A DNA stretch of 63,452 nucleotides, the filler included, from Bigelowiella natans CCMP2755 (taxonomy: Eukaryota; Protista; Cercozoa), in the NCBI GenBank assembly GCA_000320545.1. It is 7 parts of 7 records of this genome, joined end to end, with 100 filler letters (N's around TTAATTAATTAA, not from the genome) between each part and the next. Parts side by side here need not be neighbours in the genome. Positions count along the whole stretch, not along the records: positions 18,400 to 48,421 come from ADNK01001208.1; 6 more parts are not named here. One strand, written 5' to 3'. Positions 27,901 to 38,169 of this stretch are shown here, one piece after another. The position numbers were made by a program, and so were the translations under genes. The stretch's first letter is position 1; each line of letters begins with the position of its first letter. The notes beneath the pieces are model-generated. The model was not told the origin of the DNA. It saw only the letters and a list, made by a program, of their open reading frames with translations, and did not search any database.

Positions 27901-29914
27901 TCTGTCGGATGGTCTTGCCGGGGTTCTTCTTCCGTAGCTCGGTAGGTGTAGGTAGCTTGTTGTCCGCTAGGTCCATAAACTCTAACGCATTAACGCTTGA
28001 CTCAGAGGTCCACTCGTCAAGCCGTATCATGTTCTGGCTGATGGTCCTGCCTGACTTCTTTGGCAACTTAGCAAAGTATATCTTGTGATTGTAGAATGAT
28101 ATGATCCCCCCTAATTTTTCTAGGGCATCCTGTCCGAGGAGTAGTTCCATGGATAAAGTCATGGCTACTCGGGTCTTGATTTGGGTCTCCGCGTCGCTGC
28201 CAGGTATCTGTAGCTTTAGCATTAGCTCACCGACGGTCTTCATGGAAGAGCTTCCGTCTGCTTGAGCATATTTACGTTCTTTCTTAGTCACTTGATCCAA
28301 TAGTCCTAACCTTCTTACTGTGCTTAGGCTTATGAAGGACTTCGGCATGCTGCCACTATCCCAAAGGGCAGGTAGTTTCTTGTAGTCTCCGTAGCTGTCT
28401 TTAACTTTAACCTTGGTCATAGCAACTTTGATAGTCCTGTTAGCGTCTTCGTCATTAATGTTGCATACTCCTAAGTTCTTTATGTCGTCTAGGGTCATGG
28501 GCTTGTCTTGGTCCTGCGTTGCTGGTACTGCTGTCTTCGTCGGCGCCTGCTTAAGGTGATCTAATATTCCGTTTATCTGCTGCTGTATAGCATTGATACT
28601 GTTCTGCTTTTTGTTCTTATATTTATTGTTCTTCCCGTTGTTGCTGCCTTGCCATTTGCTGTTGTTATATCCTTGTCCTCTGCCTTTCTTTCTCTTTAAC
28701 TTCTCGTAGTGTTCGTTGAGCTGCCTGATCGTCATCCTGGGTCGTCCTTCTTTCCTGTCTCTGCAGTCTTTAGCGGTGTGTTTCCCTTTACGTGAGCAGT
28801 ATCCGCAACGTCGGTTACCTTCCCTGTCCTTGTACCAGTCTCGCTGCGGCTTAATAGCGTTAATGTTTCCTATGCCAGGTACCTTAGGGCTGGTAAACTT
28901 GCGGTCCTGCTCCTGCTCGCGTAGGGATATAGCCTGCACTGCTGCCTCCATCGTGGTGTAGCCTTTCTCCGTAACGTAAGTGGATTCCTTTATCTTTAAC
29001 TTGAACTCTTCAAACCTTGCCTGATCATCACCTGTGTTGTAATTAAAATCATGTAGTTCGTCGATCATATCCTGGAAGCGCGTGGCAAAGTCTCTAACAG
29101 GTTCTCTCTCATGCTGCATCATTGCTCTGTATTTTCTAATAGCCTGGGGTAGGGAGTTAGCATCCTGTTCATTTACAAAAGCCTTCATTATCGCCTCAAC
29201 GTCTCGTAGCCCACTAACTGTAGTGTGTATTTTCTCTAGCTGCCTGATCCGGGTCCTGCCTGTCTCGTAAAGGTCCATGGCTTGCTTTATTATAGCTAGC
29301 CATTTGAGCTTGTCGTTTTCGGTGGGGTTAGGGGTAAAGTCGCAGAGTATACTCCTAGCGTTCTTCCACCACCTCCTTGCCTCACCTCTTTTCCCGTTGT
29401 ATTTCGTTATCATAACCGGTGCTGTTTTAACAGACATGAACTGGGTGTTCCGCTGTACCGGCTGCTGCTGCTTGACGGTGCTCTGGGTCGTCCCCCGCGA
29501 GGCGCCCAGACCCCCGTCGTTCCTAAACAAAGCTGCCCACTCTGGAGGTAAGTCTGCTTCGTAATCCATGATGTCCTGCATGATAGCTGCCCAAACATCA
29601 TGTGTCTGATACTTGTATTCTATCGATACTTTCAGTTTGGCGTAGTTGCTCGCCCTGGGTCGCAAGGCTCGTAATGCCATTACGACCTTCTTGCTTTCGG
29701 CGGCCACGTCCTCGTCGTCCGCCTCGTAGAAGTTCTCCAGTGCCTCTGCTGCTGCATCTGCTTTCTTAATCCCGGGTGCTGGTCCCGGCGGTGCCTGTGG
29801 AGGTGTTCCTCCTCCTTCCTTAGCGTCCGTATCGCCCTTCCTTTCCTGTTTCTGCTCGTGCCCTTGCACGGCCTGCGAGCCAAAGTCCTGCTGTTCTTCT
29901 AGCTGCTGTGACAT
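24941..29914 (-). CDS. Gag-Pol polyprotein (1657 aa): Gag with Zn knuckle, aspartic protease, RT, RNase H, integrase, SH3/GPY-F-like region, C-terminal adenine-MTase-like domain
   Basis: CGYCSRKGKHTAKDC; ALWDSGS; PYGL...YVDDDII; LWTDWSK...TDHKPL; HGPAHVG...CRC; IVQIDV...HVDNE...SNSKVERLHRTL; LKEGQYV...DPFWGG. Confidence 0.95.
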   Translation of the reverse strand: MSQQLEEQQDFGSQAVQGHEQKQERKGDTDAKEGGGTPPQAPPGPAPGIKKADAAAEALENFYEADDEDVAAESKKVVMALRALRPRASNYAKLKVSIEYKYQTHDVWAAIMQDIMDYEADLPPEWAALFRNDGGLGASRGTTQSTVKQQQPVQRNTQFMSVKTAPVMITKYNGKRGEARRWWKNARSILCDFTPNPTENDKLKWLAIIKQAMDLYETGRTRIRQLEKIHTTVSGLRDVEAIMKAFVNEQDANSLPQAIRKYRAMMQHEREPVRDFATRFQDMIDELHDFNYNTGDDQARFEEFKLKIKESTYVTEKGYTTMEAAVQAISLREQEQDRKFTSPKVPGIGNINAIKPQRDWYKDREGNRRCGYCSRKGKHTAKDCRDRKEGRPRMTIRQLNEHYEKLKRKKGRGQGYNNSKWQGSNNGKNNKYKNKKQNSINAIQQQINGILDHLKQAPTKTAVPATQDQDKPMTLDDIKNLGVCNINDEDANRTIKVAMTKVKVKDSYGDYKKLPALWDSGSMPKSFISLSTVRRLGLLDQVTKKERKYAQADGSSSMKTVGELMLKLQIPGSDAETQIKTRVAMTLSMELLLGQDALEKLGGIISFYNHKIYFAKLPKKSGRTISQNMIRLDEWTSESSVNALEFMDLADNKLPTPTELRKKNPGKTIRQITELLDKTPPADDWDIDKGKKYINKILNEKYSDITKPTTKPSSKLTPVKIELKKGYEECIINDPEHRRPEADWEKIEWQINEWAKEGKIEPSNSPWNVRHVLAKKPTYPFFRLAHNFIRHNRVIKRIQTPTPRIDDVIEHVIGYKYYSSLDKNESYMQTPIHKTSRPITAFSSRHRKWHFVVFPYGLSISGDAFSSQNYRAYTHDGMASVLWVFVFVYVDDDIICTNTVVAQIFLLENIFIRFAHFGFTIRLQKCTFLATRIKWCGYYLEQGRITPNPEKVAALQQAPKPKNAKELKSFLQTAAWILRRFSPTYARTAAAFTTAYRKENSVGLSFAKVWAKAGLDAHFDNLIKLCSNTLLNAKLDTTRPATLWTDWSKLGMAAVLTQDQQIIRVWGRACTAAEAKYSPTKGEYKAMTEAQRKLRYYLLSVPSFTLMTDHKPLLGIDRKLEAPNDEYAAMRADTEEFRDKRTVVYAPGDKQLADYFSRLFEKKVPTQVTPMVNAITFEDGDFLPEPEELQHLQEHLDKYKHKHEVLSDRIYVYTNNVRRTYVPRRTRGALLFTAHGPAHVGENHITALLYHYYWPYKLKEIRTYLRGCRCSSLKAAGVATKESSKSRASKKIKARNFLDIVQIDVYKYDGYHYLTFVDVATGKCWVKKIIKVNVAKKNKGLYKQRLTNCYRTWESELQAIPDEVSINKIPKKLHVDNETSLLQLPHPNIDASPVYYAQSNSKVERLHRTLANLSRINSTTPDKIQGLVNDTFTSGGGIKDKEREEGDDNDDDTESEDEKVPYDGRVLKEGQYVRAKVNLRSRNKQDPFWGGVAKVTERKGRKQYYIYDGNRVTLRHISHLKNYDIGEKLLEDVKVNPTVWERAMPCLGPRPKFDVEYGNNKVRVNDDWRMKIVYLGYPGLRNMERVAMKIKDGKYQLLYLAVPDLPFEHWYKVLGDLDAEGWYGHEPKDEGEFWVSDKGDKVREESITWWLVKFRKR

Positions 29915-29930
29915 TGTTAGTCAAATCGTT

Positions 29931-29948
29931 TCCCGTGTGTGGAAGCCA
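29931..29948 (-). promoter_or_regulatory. Putative primer-binding site (TGGCTTCCACACACGGGA)
   Basis: TGG-initiated 18-mer, 5 nt downstream of the 5' LTR, complementary to a tRNA-like 3' end (...CCCGTGTGTGGAAG-CCA). The cognate tRNA was not identified. Confidence 0.65.
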
Positions 29949-29953
29949 AAGGT

Positions 29954-30279
29954 TGTTGCGCGTAAGGTGTTCACAGGCCGAGGCGCTACGTGCACAAGTA
30001 GGCAGGGGGGGGGAAAGGCACGTTTGCTTCCTTTTGAAGAGTTGTGTTTATTTTTATTAAAGATTATATTTTTATTAAATCGTGCACTGCGTAATCATTC
30101 GCGAAGCTTTCGCGAATGCCGCCGCACGTGGGGCAGCACACTTCCGGTGTGCTGCCATGAGTCCCGCCGGAACCCACGTGCCTATGCTGTATTAATATCT
30201 ACGTTATCTATATTCTATATCCGCGACAACCCCTTTGTTGTCGCACGTGACTTGTGCCCGCGTAGTGGTACGCGCTACA
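29954..30279 (-). repeat. 5' LTR
   Basis: Direct repeat of 24564-24889. Confidence 0.97.
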
Positions 30280-30283
30280 GCCA

Positions 30284-31760
30284 AGTGAAGGATGTTCGGA
30301 TCTGTGATCTGTGTCCAAGATTCATCCCGGATGAATCCCGTCTGGATGAACACCTAGACGTGTGTGAAATTCCACACAATGTGCAGTCGTTGGTGTGCCA
30401 GTGTGCACTGCGTTGAGTGCTGGGATGTGTCTAGACACACAGACAGCGTGCACAATGCACGTTCAATGTGAGGAGGGAACAATGCTCACGTGCAACAAAA
30501 CACATCCGTCTTGCACTCAATGCGAGGAGGGAACAATGTCACACGTGACAATGCACAGACAAGCATGGTGAACGCAATCCAGCAATGCACACAAGCTAGG
30601 TCGCACGTCACAGAATTGGAAAGGCGGAATGTGCGAAAGCATGCCAGCATGGCTGCGAATCAACACCACCATGACGGATGTTGGCGAAGTCATTCGCAAA
30701 CACTTGCTTGAGGAATGGAGCAGTTGTGGCCTCCTGCTCGAAAATGATCGGGAACACAAACCCCAGGCGAAACGTTTTGTTTCAGTGTTCCGCCGATTGA
30801 GTTTGTCCACTGAAAATTCATGGGCCCAACTTTGCCCATCACCACTGCTTCCACCAACTGCAAGAAGGACATGCAGCTCCATTGTCATTGGAAAAACATC
30901 GAGTCTGCTGTGCTGTCTGATTTCCATGATGAATGGATGTCCGATGCAAACGTGCAGAGCAACGCACACGAAGACTCCCGGCTGTCACCCCCTGTTTCGG
31001 ATCACTGGAGACAGACTCGCAAGCTGCCCATGGGCGTTGCCACATCATTGATGCGCTACATCATGGGTGTTCCAGTGTTGGCGGCAACATTGGCGACTTC
31101 AAACTTTCCATGATGTGCGTGTCGATCCCACCACATTGCTGTGTCCATTGTGAGAGGATTGTTGTGCGTGGAACTGCAGACGAAGCACGCTGCGCATCGT
31201 GCAACGTCATCGAAGATGTGTGTCGGCTTGCTTTCTTGCCTAGCCTGTTGCACACCACACATCAACAACGCCGCTTGAGGAATCAGCTCACTGCCACGGT
31301 CATGAGCGACGACAAAACGAAAAGATTGACTTGCGATGAGAAGGAAACACACACTGCTGCTGCTGCACGAAATGAGCGACTTTCAGGACAGAAACAACAC
31401 GCATTTGCTTGATTGCATGAAACACATCATGGCGGAGACCAACAGATTCAACACCAGCGCTGTGGCCGCTGCATTGCGCAGAGACATGAGGATGACCATT
31501 GAAGAAATTCAATTTGATTGATCAGACCGTCTTGCACAAGATCATGAGCAAAATGGTGAGTAGTCTCATGAACATCAATGTGAGATCAGATGATGATGCC
31601 TCGCGCATTTAGTTTCTACTTTTTTTGGAAGATGTGGAGTGTCGAGATCGATCATCTGGACGTTGTCGCACGCGTGACTGTGAGCCCATTCGATGAACAT
31701 GTTGTCTTGTGACATCACGATGTCCATGTGAATGTCGTGACCTTGAATGTAGAGAGAGAG
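30284..31760. other. TpA-depleted tract (right flank of the LTR element)
   Basis: 30301-31560: about 5 TA in 1260 bp, 4 in CTAG; CpG still abundant. Confidence 0.92.
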
Positions 31761-34700
31761 AGTTAGGTTGTCGAAAATTCGTAGATGCTGGGTCCCGTCG
31801 TGATGTCGAGCGTTTTCGATCAACATGTCGCTGGGGTCTACGTATTAGATGCGAACTTTGCGTGCTCGTGGACTGGGCACTGAAGCGCATCGAATTAGCA
31901 GACCGAGCTTGGTGAGGTGTTGTTCGTCGATTTACGGAATTTCTAGTCACTGTTCGTGAGGCAGCCTGATTCTGGGTTCTTCTTCCTGTCAACATTGCTG
32001 CACAGTATGTGCCATATCGTGGAGATGCAATTATCAGATTCCCGTTTCCTTTTCTACTAGGTTTGTAGAATTTGACCACATGAAGACCACAACTGGCTGT
32101 GCCCAGCAGCACATATATGCTCCTGTTCAAAATATCAGAGATGATTTTCAACTCCACAAGGTCTAGTGGTCCACCCGCTTTTAAAACTTCAATTCTGGAA
32201 TTTAAAACGTTTAAAACGTCAGCCTGTTTACTGACATCATCACCTAACGTTTCCAGTTTCAACTCTTCCAGTTTCTTAATCACTTTTTGTCTAATACGAA
32301 CAGCAGAATATTCATCCAAAATGCCTGCAATGTTCATCGCAGTAAGTATTGTATGTTCAAGCGAAGAATAATTTGACACCTTCTTAACGTTCCACAGTTT
32401 AAGGAGTTTCTTTTGAAAATATAAAAAATAGCTATCTGAGGCTTGGTAAGGTATTCTCTTTATCCAACATTTGATGAGGGTACTGTAACGACTTCCGATG
32501 CTCTTTTCCAAATCTTTCGAGTTTTGGATGTTACTCTTTCCCTTTTTTTTTTTGTTCACGAGATTTTTGAAAAAATCAATTTTTCTAAGAAGAAAGGGCA
32601 GACAATCTTCTATTCGAAGGAATTGTGGACATCCAAATGCCACCTCCCGCTGTCGGGCATGAACAAATCCAATTTCCGGATGGAATGCGATGAGATGCCC
32701 AGTAATGTGCATTTTCTCCTTTCCTTTTTCCGCTACTGATTCCTCTGCTGGAATGTCTTTCTTTTTTCTTGGCGGCTTGTCAGGATGGAAAAGATAAGCC
32801 TTATTTGAGGCGAGGTAGAGGCATATCGTGCGTCTAGTCCAATTACAGAAACTCTGGATAATGCGGAGACACAATTGGAATTGTTTATTCGGTTTGTCGG
32901 TGTTGGGCGACCTAAGACTCAAAACTCGGTGTATGAAGGTCTTAACTTTGATGCCCCACTTAAGCGTGAATTGATTTTCTAATTTTAGCCTGAATCTGGT
33001 GTGCAATAGATCATGAGACACCAGCTGGTGTAATACTCCATTGATGCGATCTTCTTTCTTGAAGAATTCATCAACCAGTTTCTGTTTACCCAGTAAGATC
33101 CACACAATGGCCTCCATGAGAGTCGATAAATTTCCAGTTTCTTTTGGCTTGTGAGAGGTGAAATGTTTATACGGGCGAAGGAGAAATTCCTTCAGATCAA
33201 CTTTGCATTCATCCTTGCAGAGCTCACTTGCAATTTGGCAAACTAAAGCTTTGTGCGCTTCATTCTCTAGGCCACTTACGATTTTTGGCTTGAGCGTGCC
33301 TGGTAAATTAGAGGGTTTTTCTAATTTATCTGGATCTGGAGTCATTGAGTTCTCCAGAGATTTTCCTCGACGACTCAGACGCAATTGGTACATCGCTTGC
33401 CTGGTGTTCATTATTCTATTATTTAGGCAAGCTCCCTGTTTCAGATATGCAATTCTTTTGCAGAGCTTTGCATTCATTTGAGACAGGTATTGCCCTAACG
33501 TCTCCAGCTGGTCTTTATACTCTCCTTCCCCATCTATGATTCGATCATGCAGATTATTAATAAGTTTTGCAACAACTCCCGCTATTGGTCTGAACAATAA
33601 CCTTTTGATATTAATCTTTCTTTCCCATCTTAATTGTAGCTGTTGTGAAACGTTAACGGAGAGTAGTTGTATTACTTGCTCGCTATTGCCAAATATCATT
33701 TTGAAGGATTTCTTGCATCCTTCTGCCGAATTTTCTAGATACATCTTTCGATTTCGTCGAAATGTACATTGAACTGCCAGGCTTGTTGCTCGTTGGACTT
33801 TGAATATTTGTTTTAAAGTATCGATCAGACGAGCCTTCACCATTTGAAAAGAATCTGACACAGCCCTATCTTTGAGGAAAAATTCTTTAATCGAGTCACA
33901 GATTTCTTCCTTTTCCCTAGCATTGATTCGTTCCTTCGAATGGTGTTGATTGACTAACAAAGTTTCATGGACCCTCTCGATACCTTCAATGATAGCTTCC
34001 TTCAGCGGAATCCACAGCTCATCCGCCAGGCTCTCGATCATTTTTGCAATTTCTGGGTTAAGAATGCTAGTTCTTAGCATTCTTAGTATGTTAGTTTGAA
34101 TGTAGGGTCGTCTTCTCAAATTCTGCTTCATTATCTTTCCATCTATATATTCCCAATCTGCATGACTCGTATAATGATTGAGGATATCTTCTTGGATAAA
34201 ATTGTCGTAATCCTTTTGCATCTTCTTGCAGATTTCTGTCACTAATCTTGAGCCTCCATGCACAGAATCAGTTGAGAAACAGTTCATCACTTTTGACAAA
34301 GCTTCATTGACTTTCTTATCTTCCCTGATCATGGCGAAGATGTTGGTTCTCGTAGCTCTAGCACCCACTAATCTCTCCCTGATTCGGTTTCTCAGATCCT
34401 GAATTTTACCTTCACTCAGGTAGTCTTCAGTCCTGAACTTCCCGAAGATTTTATTGTTGAATTGTGCCATATACGTGTGAAGCTGTTGAGCACCTTGAAG
34501 TTCATTGTTTTCGTTACCGTCATGGCCAATCAAAAACTGTTCGATCACATCGTAGCCTTTCGTAAATTTAGCTTTTTCTTCAGAATCCTCCGCGTTGACG
34601 GCATCCATAGTTGTATCTTGCCTCATCATTATGGCAGTAAAATGTAGAAATCGTGTCATAGTTATCTTTATTTCTTTCTTAATTTTTTTTTTGGCCCTGT

Positions 34701-35636
34701 CCTCATTCAAACCCCTTTCCTCAAATAATCCCACCAAATATTGTACACTTTTGGAAATAAAAGCTAATCGCTTTTTGTTCTCCTCCTCTTTCCCTCTGTT
34801 ACTCAAGAATGCTGTAATTGGGACTGCGTTTGACGTCCTGGGAACAGAGATTACTTGGAGGCGAAGATAAGGATCAGCCATCATTTTTTTAATTACTATG
34901 CTTTTCAGTATCTCCTTTACTCCTTCAGGTGCGGCAGTGAGGTTACGCGGAGAAAGAACGATAATATGTGATGCTACATTAATGCTATTTACAAGCTGTT
35001 CATAGCGAAAATTGTCTCCATCGTCGGCTCCAGGTGGATCGATAATATCCCTTCCTTTCAAGCATATACACGGGGCTAACACTATTATTTTGTCGATCAG
35101 GACATTCCAATCTTCTTTATTTGCCTACATGGGGAAAATGTGGTTTGTTTTTAGATCACAGGATTTTTTTTAAACTTAAATACAACACGTACAGAGAATG
35201 TAGTTGTAATTAGTTAATGTGACGCTAACCTTTCTTAATTCGCTCCGAATAAACACTCGATCCTTCACCATATCTTCACCCTTGCCTGTGTAGAGCTTCT
35301 TTCGATTCAAATTCTTCCTGATCCATTCAGGAATCTCATAGCTGTTTGGGTCAATTTCTTCACCATTTGACATGTTTTCCTTAATGTCTTCACAGTGGTT
35401 GTCATTTTCATCGCTCTCTTCTTCATCATCATCGGATTGCATCATCTCCTTTGCCATTTCCTCATAGATTTTCTTTTGATCTTTTAGCTCCCCTTTTTCA
35501 TAACTCAGTAATCTACGTGCCCTTTTCCGGTCTTCGTCACAGGCCTAAATATTCCAAATTATTAACGTAGCGGGATAAGGAGTTTGCCACATAATCAAGC
35601 GTGCTATGCATAGATGCATAACAATTTTGTGAATAT

Positions 35637-35728
<92 letters not shown>

Positions 35729-37939
35729 ATATTATATATACACATATATTATCTAATTAAATAATTATACATGTTTGTACATTACCTTATCGTTATTCAA
35801 TATTTCTTTTGCTTTGAATAACTTTCTCTTAAAATCCTTCTCACTAATGGTGGAGACGTATAGCTGGAATTTGTTTCCGTACGAGAGTTGTGTTGCTACA
35901 TTTGTAGTAACTTCAGTTCCCCCTGATGAGCTTGGTAGAAGGTAATCTCTATCAAACACGACCCTTTCACCCTCGATGATGCGCTTGCACTGAGTGCTGT
36001 CATCCTCAAGCTTTAATTCGGTCTTCCTCCTATCATAATTCTTGTCTTCTATGCACACCATATCTGGATCCTCCTATCGCATCGACGGAAATAACATGAC
36101 GGAGAAATTATTGCTCATTGTTGAAAGAGATTCTGGATTCTTATCCTTTCATGTGAAACACTTGAAAAACCTTGTTACCTCAACGTATTTGTTGATATCA
36201 GCAAACTCCGAAGATTCAGACTTAGGAGATTTGTATGTTTCTGCCGAGATCGTCGTCAATTTGAGGAGATTGTTTATGAATGTACTCTTGCCGACGCCAT
36301 TAGTTCCAAGGAAGACCTATGTTTACCAAAGTAATCAGCTGTCCCTCGACACAGACTACAACATTATATATCCACTTCTCCAAGTTACCGATGTTTCCCT
36401 AGTTGAATTCTCAAGGCTCTGCTTTGCTTTACGCGATAGGTTTGCTAAAAGAGGATTGATGAGGCACCCTGGAACCTTACTCTGATTAAATACGGCAAAA
36501 TCGATTACGGCGATTAGAAATCAATTAGCTCTCGATGTTATCTCATTTGAGTGGCTATGTTCGTCGTGACCTTGCCATGACAAAAGATCTCAATGTCTTT
36601 TGCTAGCTCCTGAAGAGTCATCATACCTCCTACATAAATTATGCGGCGTTTCGACATCATCAGTGGAGAGTCATATGTTCTAACGCCCAAAACAAAAACA
36701 AAATTGAGAAGATCTATACCGGAATCGACTACAGGGTCAGGCCGCGGAAACCACCTTGCCTTAAAAGTAAATTTTGTGAATCAGATATTGTCAAAACGAT
36801 GGTATGAAGATAAAGCTACTTACATATTCCTCTTGAAGAGAGCTTATGATCGGTCGCACAAATCTACGATAGTAACGGCTGCAAGATTTTCCAGTTAACT
36901 CCTTTGACTGTGAACTTTGATCCCTGCACTTATTGTATTCTTTTGCAACAGAATTCCAGACAAATCTTCCCCGTCTACGCTTAAAACTCTCTTGTGTTCG
37001 GAAAAGAAGACAAAATTGAATATCTTTGAGTTTCTCTTTAACTCTGAGAGCCAGATTCGACCCCTTACTCGCTAGCTCTTGAGAGTACATCTGACACATT
37101 ATGAGACGAAATTTCTGCTCGTCTTCTGTCGGTATAGTTGAGTCGTAGTGGTCTATCTCATTCCAAATAATGTTGAGGGAATAGTTATCGTCGTCAGCGG
37201 AACAAGTTGAAGATTGCTCTTCAAGGTATTCTCCTGTCGGAGTATCCTTGTAGATGTGTATGTTACACTCGTAGATTTTGTGTATTAATCGTGGTACAAT
37301 ATCGAAGACATGATTGTTCCATAGGCCACTGTATCGAACTTTTTCTACATCGTCTTGGGTAATAGTTAATAATACCCAGCTGTCTATGTCCGGATCGCTA
37401 CCGCTTTTAACGGCAGCTTCAAGTCGGTCTGCTATCCTATTACGAATGTCTAGCGAAGAAATGTTCACATACTCCGATATTAAAAGCCTCATTTGGTGAG
37501 CCACTGCTTCGAACATGCAGTTGCCATCAGCGCAGATGGTATATTTTGTTAGGCCTAAACTTGTAAGGGAGCGTGAAGATGCTGTGCGTATAGGTGTGAT
37601 TCTAGAATCTGTATCAGGCTTCATGTTCTCATCGTCACGCGAATTTTTAGATGCCTTCCTCTTCTTCTTTCCTTGAGTTCGCTCGAAATAAGTTCGAGAT
37701 ACCAACTCCTCTTCCTCCTCCTCCTCCTCCTCCTCCTCCTCCTTCTCCTCCTCCAACTCCCCCTCCTCCTTCTCCTCCTCCTTTCTCTTCTTCTTCCTCT
37801 TCTTCTTCCTTTCTGGGGTTCGCTGGCTTTGGAGGCTTTTCAAAAACTCTGCCACCTCTGGATCAGAATCGTCCGACGACAACATTTCTCCTACAAATGA
37901 AATCAAAAGGTTCACTTGGTTATCCACTACTTCGAACAT
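31609..37939 (-). CDS. Large multi-exon protein: OTU cysteine protease + dynamin-like (SLIP-GC-like) GTPase + helical region + degenerate OTU-like C-terminal segments
   Basis: OTU: ADGNCMFEAVAHQM...LW...DHYDS. In-frame GT-AG splicing links it to VFLGTNGVGKSTFINNLL (P-loop, ~36320), LLPSSSGGTEVTTNVATQLSYG (G2 region) and IIDPPGADD (G3), then to the 1157-aa ORF. Confidence 0.8.
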
Positions 37940-38169
37940 AAATTTGCTATTCGTACCGATCGTAACCTTACAATAAACTGCGAGGAGCCACGCAGAACCT
38001 ATGTGGAACTTTCAACACAAATATCTAGAGCACAAGCGTTACGCTTGTATTATTCAACAAATATTCTTCAACACGAGTCAAATTAAAACGATAATTTATT
38101 GTTAGTTCAGCTTTTCTGGAGAATAACATAGTAAAACACCTTGGGTTTTGATTCCGACAAGTCATTTCT

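Larger units (their letters stand above)
24564..30279 (-). mobile_element. Intact Ty3/Gypsy-type LTR retrotransposon, recent insertion
   Basis: Two 326-bp LTRs that look identical by eye, with TG...CA termini (TGTTGCGCGTA...TACGCGCTACA); 4-bp TSD GCCA (24560-24563 / 30280-30283); single uninterrupted gag-pol ORF in PR-RT-RH-IN order. Confidence 0.97.

Noticed and set aside
30490-31521. Many overlapping His/Cys-rich ORFs (also 11458-12231, 39042-40253, 6144-6633)
   Set aside because: By-product of TAA/TAG loss in TA-depleted DNA; no recognisable domains.
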